DNA of 61,469 bases, counting the filler, from Choristocarpus tenellus KU-1152 (taxonomy: Eukaryota; Protista; Phaeophyceae), in NCBI GenBank assembly GCA_964200185.2. It is 6 parts of 6 records of this genome, joined end to end, with 100 filler letters (N's around TTAATTAATTAA, not from the genome) between each part and the next. Parts side by side here need not be neighbours in the genome. Positions count along the whole stretch, not along the records: positions 57,398 to 61,469 come from CAXNAD020016377.1; 5 more parts are not named here. One strand, written 5' to 3'. The position numbers and the translations under genes were made by a program. Numbering within the stretch: the stretch's first letter is position 1; each line of letters begins with the position of its first letter. The notes under the pieces were generated by a model that was given only the letters and a program-made list of their open reading frames with translations, searched no databases and was not told the origin of the DNA. Shown one piece after another: positions 61,452 to 61,469 of the stretch.

Positions 61452-61469
61452 GACCCAAAGTATCTTGGG
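61452..61469 (+). mobile_element. MITE family B start (window edge)
   Basis: GACCCAAAGTATCTTGGG. Confidence 0.7.

Overview
Eukaryotic, intron-rich genomic DNA, most likely a photosynthetic stramenopile such as a brown alga. That assignment is inferred from a bipartite plastid-targeting presequence, an FNIP-repeat gene and many short GT-AG exons separated by long introns. The window is six contigs joined by N50-TTAATTAATTAA-N50 linkers (1-5562, 5663-12246, 12347-20411, 20513-33122, 33223-57297, 57398-61469), so adjacency across linkers is not reliable. Host genes reconstructed by hand: the 3' exons of a SAM-dependent methyltransferase, an intronless FNIP-repeat protein, a partial gamma-glutamylcyclotransferase-like gene, an ~18 kb multi-exon DENN-domain gene, a plastid-targeted DUF2358/SnoaL-like gene, and four FAT-domain exons of TRRAP/Tra1. 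Introns and intergenic DNA hold many transposon relics (IS630/Tc1-like, copia, RLE-LINE, RTE-LINE). The most striking structure is two abundant MITE families (~260 bp and ~180 bp) with 4-bp target-site duplications. Their interiors are unrelated, but both ends of both families carry AAAGTATCT + spacer + GTCCATTTG, with spacers differing by about one helical turn between the two ends (16 vs 26 bp). A spliced Sola-like transposase fragment nearby is a candidate partner.
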